Shown piece after piece: positions 39,143-53,145 of a stretch of 64,000 bases of DNA. The stretch spans positions 104,966,001 through 105,030,000 of the forward strand of contig OZ024742.1 of the NCBI GenBank assembly GCA_964016885.1, written 5' to 3'. Within the stretch, counting starts at the first letter, position 1; the number at the start of each line of letters is the position of its first letter. This DNA is from Eledone cirrhosa. Taxonomy: Eukaryota. The translations under genes were made by a program, and so were the position numbers. The notes beneath the pieces were generated by a model, which had not been told where the DNA came from, made no database searches, and worked only from the letters and a program-made list of their open reading frames with translations.

Positions 39143-40379
39143 TATATGTGTGTGTATATATATTTTCTTTTTATATTTGTTTTGCAACATTCTTGATGTA
39201 AAATCATGTGCTGAAACAAATGTTAAACTTTGAGAGAGTCATGCTACTAATAAAAACATGCACACCAGCTGAATTTCACTTCAGTTTTATTATTAGTCAG
39301 GCAACTAATCCATTCATTGATTTGTTTAATAACTGGATGGTTATTTAATTGTCAAAGCTCTTTCGTCACACATTGTAACCTATTTAATTACTATCTTAGC
39401 TCTCAGTGTCTCCTCTTCATTTTGATTTTGTTCTAGTTATTCCATCTTGTCTTTCTGTTGTGTGTGGTATGCACATGAGTATGTGTGTGTGTCTTTGAAT
39501 ATTGTTACTTCTGGAAATGTCTGTGTATAATATGTTCATATATGTGCAAATGTGCGTGTTCTTATATATTGCTTCAACCCTCAAGTTTCTGTGTGTTTAT
39601 ATTTATCTGCATATGTGGTATATTTGTGTATGGTTTAGTAACCTCCCACCAGCCTTTATTTGTCTTATCTATGTATATGTATATACAGCCATTCTCATCT
39701 CTACACTTGTAACTATGCAGACTAATATTTTTGTCACTCATCTCTGCTTTCTATTAGTAGTGGTTTTATGTCCGTGAACTTCAGTGTATCTATTCCTATG
39801 TGTCATAATATTTTTCACACCAGTCACTAGGTTGTGGGGTTTTTCCTATTCCTGCTTTCTGTAGAGGGTGGGTTCAGTTTCTGCTATATGAGTGGCCTCT
39901 TTAAGAAATCTCTCACCTGATTAGCTTCATTTTATATTACCATCATCACCACCACTGTGGTCCCTACTGCTTTAATTTCTAGGTAAAAAGACCAGTACTC
40001 ACCTGCAAGAAATATAAAAGAAGTCATAAATATGTATGTATATGCATATATATATAGAATGGATATAACTAGCAGCTATGAACACATTAAGAATATACAA
40101 CCCCAGCACAAATGTAACCTGAAAAATTACACATGAGCATGAAAACCAATTAGTGAAAAACAAATAAGATGACCATGACTCCTTCTGCAACTATTTTTTT
40201 TAAAAACATAACTTATTTTGTAAGAACTAATTATTTTTCATTGTGTATTTGAAGTAATTATATAAAAATACATTAGATATATTATCAACCCTGTTTTATT
40301 ATATTTTAATTTTGTAACTTATTAATTTTTTCACTATATATATCTTCATATATAACATAACCTAAATGGTTAGGATTTT

Positions 40380-41373
40380 TTCTTGGTAAACTTAGATAAT
40401 ACATTTATACTTGTGAAATATGATGGAAAATGCAAAAGATGGTTTGGGGAAAACAACTACAATATGAGCTGTTCAGCTTTGGTTCAATAAGTTTAAATTT
40501 AGCAACATGAATACCAACAATGAACTGCAAGGAAGGCTTTCTATTGTCCTTAATTATTATAAATTCTCAGAAGCAGTGATCAATAAACCACAAACAAAAG
40601 TTCAAGTTGAAAATTTAATGTTTCAACAGTGACCATATATTGTTAACTGAAATGTAAAGAAGCTGGAAAAAATTATCCCATATGAACTGACTGAGACTCG
40701 CAGCTGTTTATCACATTTCACAGGATTCATTTATAAAACAAATTGTGATCTGTGGTGAAAAGTGGATCCTATACAATAACAGAAGAGATCCTCAAAATGA
40801 GGAAAAAACAACAAACCAAGACACATGACAAAACCATTGTTACACCTGAAAAACGATATGGTTAGTGTTTGGTAGATATGTAAAGGTATCATTCATGTTT
40901 GGAACCAGAGAATACAAAATTGGTTCAGTAGTCAACAAATTATTGAAATATATTCTAAATTAGCCATCAAACAACTTGCATTGGTCAATGTGTATGGACC
41001 AATATGAGAATGCCAGAATCCACACCTCTCAAGTGACAGTGTTGAAGCTTTAAGAACTGGAATGTGACAGCTTTCAGCATCCTTTATATTCTGCTGATAT
41101 TTCACCAAACAGATTATCACCTTTTCAAGCATTTTGAGCTTCATAGCCGTAATAAAAGGTTCAACTGTAGTAAAGGCATCAACAATTCCTTTATTGAATT
41201 TGTGACCACTAAGCTTAAAGATTTCTATAGGGATGAGATCTAATAGACAATCGTTAAGAAAAGCTTATCACTTCAAGTGAAACGTATTTTGATTAAATAT
41301 TTGTTGGCTTTGCTAGTATCACTTTTCATCATGTTAAATAAAAAGAAACAACATTTCATGTGTAACAACCTAA
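40380..41373 (+). pseudogene. mariner transposase, decayed, with 3' TIR
   Basis: IIPYELT (WVPHEL), IVICGEKWILYNNRR (GDEKW), KPLLHLKNDMVSVW*ICKGIIH, HPLYSADISP/DYHLFKHF (YSPDLAPSDY); end 'tgtaacaacctaata'. Confidence 0.88.
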
Positions 41374-41812
41374 TAATACAATATAATTACAACTCTTCTG
41401 ATCAGCGACCCAGTCTAACAGTTCTCTTCCCATCTCTGAATATAGATCCTGCTCTTCTGATTGTCCTTTTTTTTCTTTGACATTTCTTGTAAAGATTTTT
41501 TTTTACATTCTCCAATCTTTCATAACTTTCTCTGATACAGAAAACTCCCAATCTGTAGTTGTTATCATAAACTCAGAAACATACCACAACTATAAGTTTG
41601 AAAGCAGCAATATATAATGGACATTTTCTCTTGACAATGTTTGAAATGTGGTAGAATTTGACATTTCTATACCTGTCAGTTTATGACCTGATATAGAAAC
41701 TCAAAGAAAACCATTGAAAACAAAAGTGTCTTTCAAATTTGATCACACTCACACCGTCATGTTTGACTATCATTATGTAACTCATTGACTATCATTAACA
41801 TTATGTAACTCA

Positions 41813-41996
41813 TGGATTGGCAGTATCGGTAGAGAGTCAGACGCCATGCTTTGAAGCATAGAGTTACGTCCCTTTATGATCTGAGTTCAAATCCCACCGA
41901 GGTTAACTTTGCCTTTCATCCTTACGGGGTCGATAAAATAAAGTACCAGTCATGCTCTGGGTGATTGCTGGCCTTGTGCCTAAAATAGAAACAATT
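41813..41996 (+). mobile_element. SINE family A with 14-bp TSD
   Basis: attatgtaactcat at 41800-41813 and 41994-42007. Confidence 0.93.
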
Positions 41997-42744
41997 ATGT
42001 AACTCATTACCATCCAATCCACACATGTTGTATCCAACTAGCATATGTTTAAGACCAGACAGCTTCTTTCAAATTTTGCCTTCTACATCATCGTTTCTGT
42101 AAATTATTTTTGTTTAACTCATCATTATATCAACTTATCCCCAGAACTCTTCTCTATTGTGTTTAGTGTCATCATGTTCAAAGGACCAGAGCTAGAATGA
42201 TTATTTTCCAGCTTAGATTTCATACTTTGAAAAGTATGGTCACTTATTCAAGATGGGAGCATCCATATGAAATATCTACTTAAATGATTCAGCATTTAAA
42301 ATAGCACCATATTATGATATGATAAAATTTCTTGAAAAATATTTCTTAACCTCATGTATAAGTTGCAACCTTAAGATAAAACAATTATCTCTTATCTTGC
42401 TACGTTCCATAATTTCATGCTATTTCCACTTTGTTTACATGTCCATACCTGATATCATTTGATTTAAACATTTGCATTTCCATTTTAAGTCTTACAATTC
42501 TTGAAATCAAATTTTTTATTTTTCATTGTTTCGTTAACTTATAGTCCCTTGGTAGCACCAAACAGAGATAATTTCATTTTCTGGCAATGTTAGTGTAGCT
42601 TCTTGAATCTTCATTTTCTTTCTTCATAAAATTTCCCCTCAAATATTTCCTTATATCATAACAGTACAATAAAGGTCACTTACTGAATTGTACTTCAGGA
42701 TTTACACTGAAATCAGTCGTGAACATGCATTAACATGAGACTCC

Positions 42745-42925
42745 ACTTATTCCTGAGAGGATCATGGGGCGAGAGTCCTCAAACACTCCTTCCAGTGGGT
42801 CCTGTCAAAAGCAACCATCTCTAATTGATCTGGCTGGATCCCCAAGCAAGACCGACTGAGCTCATGGGTGTTATCCAACCATCTTGCTTGGGGTCTACCC
42901 CTGGGCCTCTTGCTGGTTGGTTAAA
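42745..42925 (-). pseudogene. RTE LINE extreme 3' end, family of 9770
   Basis: Nucleotide match to 9783-9960 ('cttattcctgagagg.tcatggggc..agtcctcaaacactccttccag'). Confidence 0.8.
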
Positions 42926-43475
42926 AAACCATACACTACATGTCATTCAGGTGACCATGTTCACTGGGTATGACAAAGGAAAGGGTGCTCTAACACCCAG
43001 AATTTCACTCACACCGCTAGATGCCTCCATTCAATTTACAAGTTTTCAGGTTTCTGTAAAGTCAAATATTTACAGTTGCTGGACATCATCTTGAGGAATC
43101 CCTGAGCATGGCCAATATGTTCATCTGTGATATTGGTAGTTCTGCTTGAGTACTGATTCAGTCTGTGAAGACCTGTTGAATTCTTGCTATCAGGGAAGAC
43201 AGACTATAAATAGTTGTGGTCGTGGTGCATGGGCACCTAGATCTCACAGCAAAATCATGGCACATACCACCAAGTCATATTTGATTGCAAGTGATGACTG
43301 TAGTTGCTAGCTGTATATATAAATGTGTGTGTATATATATATATATATATATAAGTATGCATGTATGTGTGTATATCGTATAGTTGTGTGTCCAAACAAA
43401 ACAAAAAGAGCAATCAGGATATTATGTGGAAGTTGAGTATTTTATATTAACAGTTTGATTTACAAATGTGAGTGA

Positions 43476-43532
<57 letters not shown>

Positions 43533-43912
43533 GCACACACACATACATAAACATTTGAATACACAAAAACACATAAATCTGAGGTATGTCAATGCTGCAT
43601 ACAAATACTAAGTAAACTATTACTAATGATATATCACCTCCACACACCACATGCCTGCTTTGCTGTAGTAGTCTTGGCTCTGTTGCTAAATTGTCTTTAT
43701 TGGGAATTTCCTTGAGAAATTGACTTCATTCTAGATATTCATTTCCATAGACATGTGCAGTTATGCAGAAAATATGGAAAATACATGGAGCATTAAGGTG
43801 CAAGCTGCAGTCATGATTTTTACATTATGCTGATGTGTAGATTGTATCGATGTATATATAGATGCGTATGTGTATGGATAAACAAAGATATACAGACATA
43901 TTATATATATAT

Positions 43913-43990
<78 letters not shown>

Positions 43991-43996
43991 ATATTA

Positions 43997-44056
<60 letters not shown>

Positions 44057-44316
44057 CACACATATAGGTACCTGAATTGATCAACATAAAACTAATTAAA
44101 AAAGGTTTGCTGCATAGACAGAGTTATATGTATGCACAAACACATATACACAAACTCGCATACACACACATGTATATATTACCCCCACACACACACACAC
44201 ACATATATATATAAACATAATGATAGACTAACATACACGCATATATATACAAACCATCAACATTATTATTTTGCAGTCGTTTCTTCAATGCTTGCAAGGG
44301 TTGGAGTATATATATT

Positions 44317-44527
44317 ATCATCATCATCATCACCATTGTTTAACAACCCTTTTTCATGCTAGCAGGGGTTGGATGAGTTGTCCCAATGCAAGACAAGCCA
44401 GATCAGATGACTGTTTTGCTCACACAGAACTGATTACGGCTTGGTTTCTACCCCTGGATGCCGTTCCTAATTCCACCCACAGTTACAGTTTGTACTGGGT
44501 GCTTTTTGTCAGGACACCTACACCATA
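44317..44527 (-). mobile_element. RTE-type tail hosting the minisatellite
   Basis: (cat)n-'gtttaac..catgctagca..ctggatgccgttcctaa' runs directly into the first 48-bp unit. Confidence 0.8.
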
Positions 44528-46322
44528 ACTTTACAGTGTGGACTGGGCAATTTTTATCATGACAACTACATGATCACTTTACAGTGTGGACTGGGCAATT
44601 TTTATCATGACAACTACATGATCACTTTACGGTGTGGACTGGGCAATTTTTATCATGACAACTACATGATCACTTTACGGTGTGGACTGGGCAATTTTTA
44701 TCATGACAACTACATGATCACTTTACAGTGTGGACTGGGCAATTTTTATCATGACAACTACATGATCACTTTACAGTGTGGACTGGGCAATTTTTATTAT
44801 GACAACTACATGATCACTTTACAGTGTGGACTGGGCAATTTTTATCATGACAACTACATGATCACTTTATGGTGTGGACTGGGCAATTTTTATCATGACA
44901 ACTACATGATCACTTTACGGTGTGGACTGGGCAATTTTTATCATGACAACTACATGATCACTTTACGGTGTGGACTGGGCAATTTTTATCATGACAACTA
45001 CATGATCACTTTACAGTGTGGACTGGGCAATTTTTATCATGACAACTACATGATCACTTTATGGTGTGGACTGGGCAATTTTTATCATGACAACTACATG
45101 ATCACTTTACGGTGTGGACTGGGCAATTTTTATCATGACAACTACATGATCACTTTACGGTGTGGACTGGGCAATTTTTATCATGACAACCACATGATCA
45201 CTTTACGGTGTGGACTGGGCAATTTTTATCATGACAACTACATGATCACTTTACGGTGTGGACTGGGCAATTTTTATCATGACAACTACATGATCACTTT
45301 ACGGTGTGGACTGGGCAATTTTTATCATGACAACCACATGATCACTTTACGGTGTGGACTGGGCAATTTTTATCATGACAACTATATGATCACTTTACGG
45401 TGTGGACTGGGCAATTTTTATCATGACAACCACATGATCACTTTACGGTGTGGACTGGGCAATTTTTATCATGACAACTACATGATCACTTTACGGTGTG
45501 GACTGGGCAATTTTTATCATGACAACTACATGATCACTTTACGGTGTGGACTGGGCAATTTTTATCATGACAACCACATGATCACTTTACGGTGTGGACT
45601 GGGCAATTTTTATCATGACAACCACATGATCACTTTACGGTGTGGACTGGGCAATTTTTATCATGACAACCACATGATCACTTTACGGTGTGGACTGGGC
45701 AATTTTTATCATGACAACCACATGATCACTTTACGGTGTGGACTGGGCAATTTTTATCATGACAACTACATGATCACTTTACGGTGTGGACTGGGCAATT
45801 TTTATCATGACAACTACATGATCACTTTACGGTGTGGACTGGGCAATTTTTATCATGACAACTACATGATCACTTTACGGTGTGGACTGGGCAATTTTTA
45901 TCATGACAACCACATGATCACTTTACGGTGTGGACTGGGCAATTTTTATCATGACAACTATATGATCACTTTACGGTGTGGACTGGGCAATTTTTATCAT
46001 GACAACCACATGATCACTTTACGGTGTGGACTGGGCAATTTTTATCATGACAACTACATGATCACTTTACGGTGTGGACTGGGCAATTTTTATCATGGCA
46101 ACTACATGATCACTTTACGGTGTGGACTGGGCACTTTTTATCATGACAACTACATGATCACTTTACAGTGTGGACTGGGCAATTTTTATCATGACAACCA
46201 CATGATCAACTTTATGGTGTGGCCTGGGCAATTTTTATCATGACAACCACATGATCACTTTACGGTGTGGACTGGGCAATTTTTATGGCGACACCTATAC
46301 AACCACTTTACAGTGTGGGCTG
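44528..46322. repeat. 48-bp minisatellite, 37 units plus a partial unit
   Basis: Unit actttac(g/a)gtgtggactgggcaatttttatcatgacaac(t/c)acatgatc; period checked at 44528, 44576 and onward to 46257/46305, with one 1-nt insertion near 46208. Confidence 0.98.
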
Positions 46323-46332
46323 CATACTTTTC

Positions 46333-46443
46333 GGTTCTGTATGAGCATGACATGATCATCTGACCTCAACTTGCCTCAAATAGGACAACTTGTCTAACCC
46401 ATGCTAGCGTGGAAAATGGATGGTAAATGGTGATGATGATGAT
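46333..46443 (+). mobile_element. RTE-type tail, inverted relative to 44317-44432
   Basis: 'gttctgtatgagca...acccatgctagcgtggaaaatggatggtaaatggt(gat)n'. Confidence 0.8.
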
Positions 46444-46547
46444 ATATATATATAAATATATACACACACATATACATATATATATATATACGCATGCACA
46501 CACACACACACACACATATATACACGCGCGCACACACACACAAACAC

Positions 46548-46582
<35 letters not shown>

Positions 46583-48933
46583 TATACATATATATACACA
46601 CATATATATATACACACACACATATATATATACACACACACATATACACACTTATATAAACATAGACACAAACATATATCTGTCTGTCTGTGTGCATGTA
46701 CAACTGATGTAGTACAGATGTACTGCTGATGACCCGTTAACAGTGATGATAGAACATGGTATGTGGCATATCCACTATTGTACATGATACAAGTGCAAGC
46801 TGTGGTCGATAGATAGTGATGGTAGTGATTTCTATTATTAACTGCTATAATATTAGTGAGGATCTACTAAAGACAGTTTTAAGTAAAGGGCAACAGTAGA
46901 TTACAAGGGATGTCATGTTAGGATAGCTAACTTTACATTTAATGAAATGACTTAATGCTATACATGAAGTCATAGGGACATACAACATTTCATGGAACAT
47001 ATACACAAGGTCTGAACACAAAAGAACCAAACTCCCACTGTCACTGCCTCTGTCTCTCCACGCGCTGGCTACCCCACAGCCCCAGCAGACAGAATCGAGA
47101 AGGCGTTTCTTGGAGGATGGTAAGGTAGACACACTGGAAAAGTCATTCCAGCTCACGAGGTTCTCACCTGCTGGTAGCCAACTCTGTGCCAATGGTGGTG
47201 AGCAGGGATATCATAGCAAACAGATGTCATATGTACGGACTAGAACTCCTGATGGAATCATTGAAACAATTTCATGACACACATGTCTTGGGTACTTTAA
47301 ACCTAGCAAAACCCAACCTTTTCCAGGTCTGAACACAGCTGATGTATTCCAGAGAAAGATAGAGCATGATAGAAGAGAATAGGTCATCAGTCCATGCAAA
47401 CATACAATGCAGCAATTGCTTTTGCAATTTTTTGTCTTTCATACTTTTAACCACCTAATTGTGATGTAAGAGAGAAACAACCTGTCTTTGAGGTATTTTG
47501 GAATTATGTACTATATTTATTACTACGACTCTTGTGTAGTAGTAGTAGTCAAAAGTGAACTTGTGTTGACCATGTTAGTAAACCAACACTTTAAACTCAT
47601 AACCTTATAGTTGTCTCTGATAAGCATGTAAACCAGTTAAACTGCACTTAGTTGGATTGTTATCAATTAAATATTTGTAACAACCTTTTAGTATTTAAAC
47701 CAGCAACTCCTCTTCTAACAATTAAACTACCCCCACCCCCACCCCCACCCCCCAAAAAAAAATATTCTGACCGACAAATTCTTTCTGGCTATACCACTGA
47801 GAGTGAATAGAGAAAATCTTCATAAGAAAAAAGAATAAAAATAAAAATTTCTTACCAAAAGCTAATGTGCATTGTGTTCAGTCTAATTGGATTTATGTCT
47901 GGTCAAACTGACCTAGTATCCAGCCAAACTCATTTCGTTTCTCTGTCAAATTGGTCTAGAGTTGACTTGTATTTGTTCAAAGTGATATTGTGTCTAGTTA
48001 ACTCTTAATGTCCTGTACCACATGGAACCTTATTAGCAAGATATTATTGAAAAGTATAAGGCAGCACTATGACTGTATTGCATTAAAAATTCAAGTCTTT
48101 ATTTACTGCAAATGTTCACACTAAACTGTCCACTAGTAATGGTACTATAAACATTTTAATTAACAAACCTGTTTTTAGATATTTTCCGTTAAATCATTAC
48201 AGGATAAAAATTATTAAATTGCCCTTATCAATGAGCCAATAATGATCCCCCCTCCCCAATACACATATCATATACCCACATATCTTAAGCCTTTACAACT
48301 TTCTATATTGTCATCTGAGCCTTTCCATATTTTCTTAGGTGAAATTGTTTGATCAATTCACTTAACCTTTTTGATGTTAAACTGACTGAAGCTGTCCTGG
48401 ATTTATGATACAAAACTGCTCATTTTTAAGAAATATTGTAAATATCAACTTACTAAGGAAAAAATAGCTAGAAATTTTTGGTTATTTTAAAAATTAATTG
48501 AATCACATAGGCAGTATATTTTGTTAGAAATATAATAACAGAATGGTTAAGTTCTGTATTCACTTAACTGTTGGAAATATATATCAGATCATAAGAGAAT
48601 GTTAACATTATCTGGCTTCAAAATGCCTGTACACATGTGCACCACTAGGGTCTTTCAGAATTCAGGCCAGATCTCCAATTTAAGGATACCTTCCTTCTTT
48701 TTAGCCAGCAGTTATGGAGGCCTTGAAAAGGTTCTTTGGCACTGCCCACCCCTTTCTTGCTAAACATGAAAAACAATTAGAATGAAGTGGATGCCTAATG
48801 GATACAGTTGTTAGCTATTATATTGTGAGCTCTCAAAAGTAAGGGCTGTTACTCAATTAGGATTGGTCCACTTATTTTTGAAGCAACCATATCGCCACCA
48901 TCATTTCATAGTTGAATTATAAGAACAACAACT

Positions 48934-49300
48934 ATCATCATCATCATCATCATTGTTTAACGTCCATCTTCCACATTTGCATGGGTTTGGACGGGAGTTT
49001 TCCCACTTGAGGCAAGATTGGTTGTCCTGCTCGTATAGGACTATCTGGCGGGTTTTCTACGGCTGGATGCCCTTCCTAACACCAACCACGTTTACAGTGT
49101 GGACTGGGAGGTTTTTACCGTGTTACCTACATGGCCACATTACAGCGTGGACTGTGTGTTTTTTGTCATGACACCTACACGTCTGGCGGGTTTCCTACGG
49201 CTGGATGCCCTTCCCAACACCAACCACGTTTACAGTGTGTACTGGGAGGTTTTTACCGTGTTACCTACACGGCCACATTACAGCATGGACTGTGTGTTCT
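48934..49300 (-). mobile_element. RTE 3' tail with an internal 138-bp tandem duplication
   Basis: Reverse complement of 61840-62094; 'tctggcggg' at 49044 and 49182 starts each duplicated block. Confidence 0.85.
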
Positions 49301-49445
49301 ATATTTATTTAAAACCTTTTGATGCCATATTTCTAATGAAAGACATGATTTTCAATTAATTTTGTAAATAAAACATTTGAAAGGATTTAGTAAAATAACT
49401 AACCATACAATTGTATTATCAAACTGGCATTTATAGTTTATTTAG

Positions 49446-49997
49446 TTGGTTGGAGGTGGAGCCGAGCTAGCTGTCATCACATGGTGTAACTCCGCATGGA
49501 ACAAGTTTAAGCAGCTTCTCCCAATCCTTAAGGCACGCTGGCTGCCATTGGTCACCAAGGGGCAGATTTATAACACCTGTGTGAGAAGCATGTTGCTCCA
49601 TGCCAGCAAGACCTGGGCTATGTCATCTGGCTGTCTGAATCGGCTCAGAAGAAATGACAGAGCAATGATCCGCTGGATGTGAGGTGTGACCACTGAAGAT
49701 GTCAGCTCAACTAAGTTCCTGAAAAGACTGCTCATCGACGACCTTGAGGATGTGCTTCACATGAGTCGCATGCACTGGTACAGTCATGTTGAGTGCAGTG
49801 AGGGCTGGATCAGCATCCAGAAGGCCAAGGAAGACCAAAAAGGACTTAGATGGAGGATGTCTATCAGGATCAAGCTAGGCTTGGCCTGGCTCAAGTGAGA
49901 CAGAAACACATGGAGCAGACACTAAGGAGTGCTGTCAAGCAGGACCCACCACTACTTAGGGATTGTGTCCTGCATAATCAAAAACTGGATGATGATG
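49446..49997 (+). pseudogene. RTE LINE 3' fragment
   Basis: SAWNKFKQLLPIL..KGQIYNTCVRSMLLHASKTW..RRNDRAMIRWM, RMHWYSHVE; ends in (GAT)n. Confidence 0.9.
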
Positions 49998-51780
49998 AGG
50001 AGGATTTTTAATATATTAACAAAAATGTTCTTCTAAAACATTTTTTATTTAAATATCAATCAATTCATCAAGTTCCCATGACTACTGCAGCCAGTCATTG
50101 GGGTGCCACTCTTCCTAAAACTATGGCAGCCATTTGTTGGGGTTCCACTCTAAACCTTTGAATGTGTGCCTATCATGGCATTTCAATGGGCCTTAGAAAT
50201 ACTTGGTAGTGCTCATCTTCTCTCTGTATTTTAAATATAAATACTTTAAAGCAAGAGGTTTGTCATCATAGATTTGGGGTGGTTTGGGGTGGGTGGGTTG
50301 GTATCAAAATGGGTAAATAAATCATTGGAAAAGATGCAGAAGTTTATGAGTTTAAATTCGACAATAGCCATTGAGGACAATAGCCATTGAGGACAATAGG
50401 ACATGAGGACTCCTTTCTCCCATCCCATACTCAATTTACTTTGATACACTTACTTTGAAAGTAAATATATCACCACTATTATCTCATAGTAGAAGGGACA
50501 ACAATATTTTTCTCAAACAGGTAAAAAGTTGGCAGAAGTGTGAGAATATCAGACAAAATATCTTGAGGTACTTATTCCAGTTCCTTGCACTCTGAATGTA
50601 AATCACACCAAGGTCAACTTTGTCTTTCATCCTTCAGCATGTGGTGGTGATGGAGGAGGCTGATGTCAATAAATATGTTACCAATCTAGAGTAGTGGACT
50701 GGCAAATTTTTCAATCATTGGATAAATGCAATAAATATGTGTTCTGGCCCTTTACATTCTGAATTCAAATCCTGCCAAAGTCAACTTTGCGTTTTATCTT
50801 CAATAGATATCCTAATAAAGAACCAGTTAAGTACAGGGACTGATTTAATCAGCTTCACTCTTTACCCAACATTGCTGGCCTTGTGCCTCAATTACAAATC
50901 AATATTTGTTTCATCTTATTGTGGCTTGAGTTCAAATCCTGCTCTGGCTTACTTAGTCGGTAGACTTAATCTGACATCCTTCATGAAACTGGGTGTCTTT
51001 AGTAGTGTCTGCTCTGTTTGTTGCAAGCAGTTAGGAAAGGTCTCTAGTGTGAGAATACTGTCTATCTCTCCCTCCTTCCCTCTCTTTTGACAAAGCAATA
51101 GAAAAAATACTGAGCCTTCAATAATTTAGAAATTATTCAAATTTGGAGAAAATAGAAAATGAATGCAAAACAAAAAAATAACAAAAAATGGAAAAATTAT
51201 TAAAAAAAAAAAAAAAAGAAAGAAATTTTGGTTAAGAGCTTTATCTTCTTTGATTATTATATCAAGAATTGTCTGGTTTGGCTCGTAAATTCTTTAATAT
51301 TGACAAATACATGTTCGATATTTGACACATGATCAATATTTGCTGTAAATTCAACGCCTTAGATATAAAATGAAATACGACAAACCAATATAAATAAATA
51401 AACAAACAAATAAGCCATTGAAAAACAGGAAAAATAATGAAACGGAAAAAAAGAAAAAGATTTCCTCAGCTCAAACTGAGAATTTGTACAGAATAAATAG
51501 ACTTCACAGAATAAATCTTTAATTGGAAAGAAATTGAAGGTTTATTGTCGGTAATAGAGAGAATTGTTTACGACATAGCTTTCTTGTTCATGTTCACCTC
51601 TGGCTCAGAACATTAAAAGAAATCTGTGACTCACATTGAAGATCTCCAAGCAAATCTTTGCAAAGCAATTTTTTCTACTTCCTTCTATTTTTTTTTTTCT
51701 GTCTTTTATTATTTTTATTTGTTTGTTGTTTTTATTTTTTTCAGAAATATCAAAACAAGAATGAAATCACATATGTATAC

Positions 51781-51813
<33 letters not shown>

Positions 51814-51925
51814 CACACAAACATATATATATATGCATACACACATGTATATATACACATATACATACATACACACACACATTTATATATATACACATAT
51901 ACATACATACACACATACACACATG

Positions 51926-51980
<55 letters not shown>

Positions 51981-51991
51981 TTTATATATAT

Positions 51992-52059
<68 letters not shown>

Positions 52060-52233
52060 TACATACACATGCATCTATATACATATACAAAAATGTTTTT
52101 TAATTTTAATATTTCTTTGTCATTTTTTGGTTTATTGTTTTTATTTTTATTAAATGATTTATTTTTATTCTTTTAATTGTTTATTTGCTGTTATTGATTT
52201 CAAGGAATAACTAAAAACTAAATATTTGATAGA

Positions 52234-52334
<101 letters not shown>

Positions 52335-52956
52335 CTGTTACTATCATTATTGTCATGGCTTGGCGGTATTAGTGGAGCGTCAGACAATATACTTTGTTGC
52401 TTCTAGTTACCTCCCTTTACGTTCTGAGTTCAAACCCCACTGAACTTAGCTTTGCTTTCATCTTTATGGGGTCAAAAAAATAAAGCATCAATTGTTGGCC
52501 TTGAGCCTAAATCAGAAACTATTATTTTTGTTGTTGTTATTGTCAAAGAAATGACAATCTCCCTAATACACTCTGTAAAGTACTTGATGATAGGAAGGGC
52601 ATCTGGCCAAAGAAAACCTGCCAAAAAATGGGTAGGAAGGGCTCTTTAATTGTGTCAAAAAGATGACAACCTCTCTAGTGGTGGTGTGATGAAAACATGC
52701 ATTTGATATAGCACAGGATCATATGTAAGCAAGTTATGATCCTTCAGCCTGTCTGAACACTCAATAGGGTGCAGGGACATAAGTGAGATGCAGGCTCTTG
52801 GTCCAATGGGAGGTTTGTACCTCCACTTTCAGTACCAGTCAGCTGAAGCCCCATCCAGCCTTTGCTAGTAGGAAAAACAGATGTTCAATGATGATGATAA
52901 TTATACTTTTATTGTTATTGTTGCTATCGTTACTATTATTAATATTAGTTATGTCC

Positions 52957-53145
52957 AGGGCGGTGGATTGGCAGTATCAGTAGAGGGTCGGACGCCATAC
53001 TTTCCAGCATAGTTACGTCCCTTTACGATCTGAGTTCAAATCCCGCCGAGGTTGACTTTGCCTTTCGTCCTTACGGGGTCGATAAAATAAAGTACCAGTA
53101 ATGCACTGGATAATTGCTGGCCTTGTGCCTAAAGTAGAAACAATT
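52957..53145 (+). mobile_element. SINE family A, young copy with 19-bp TSD, directly before an older truncated family A copy (53150-53315)
   Basis: attaatattagttatgtcc at 52938-52956 and 53143-53161. Confidence 0.95.

Noticed and set aside
44528-46322. CRISPR array or genuine 557-aa protein gene
   Set aside because: The units are head-to-tail with no unique spacers and no cas genes. The ORF follows from a stop-free 48-bp unit derived from a retroposon UTR and is broken by a 1-nt insertion near 46208.
47272-47490. Minus-strand exon after a good-looking acceptor (ttgtttctctcttacatcacaattag|GTG)
   Set aside because: The downstream frame runs into an interspersed repeat also present at ~30120 and ~36465, and I recognise no protein motif.
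50361-50400. Short local tandem duplications (also ~29350-29407, ~41765-41813, ~58935-59030)
   Set aside because: Ordinary slippage-type duplications with no further structure.
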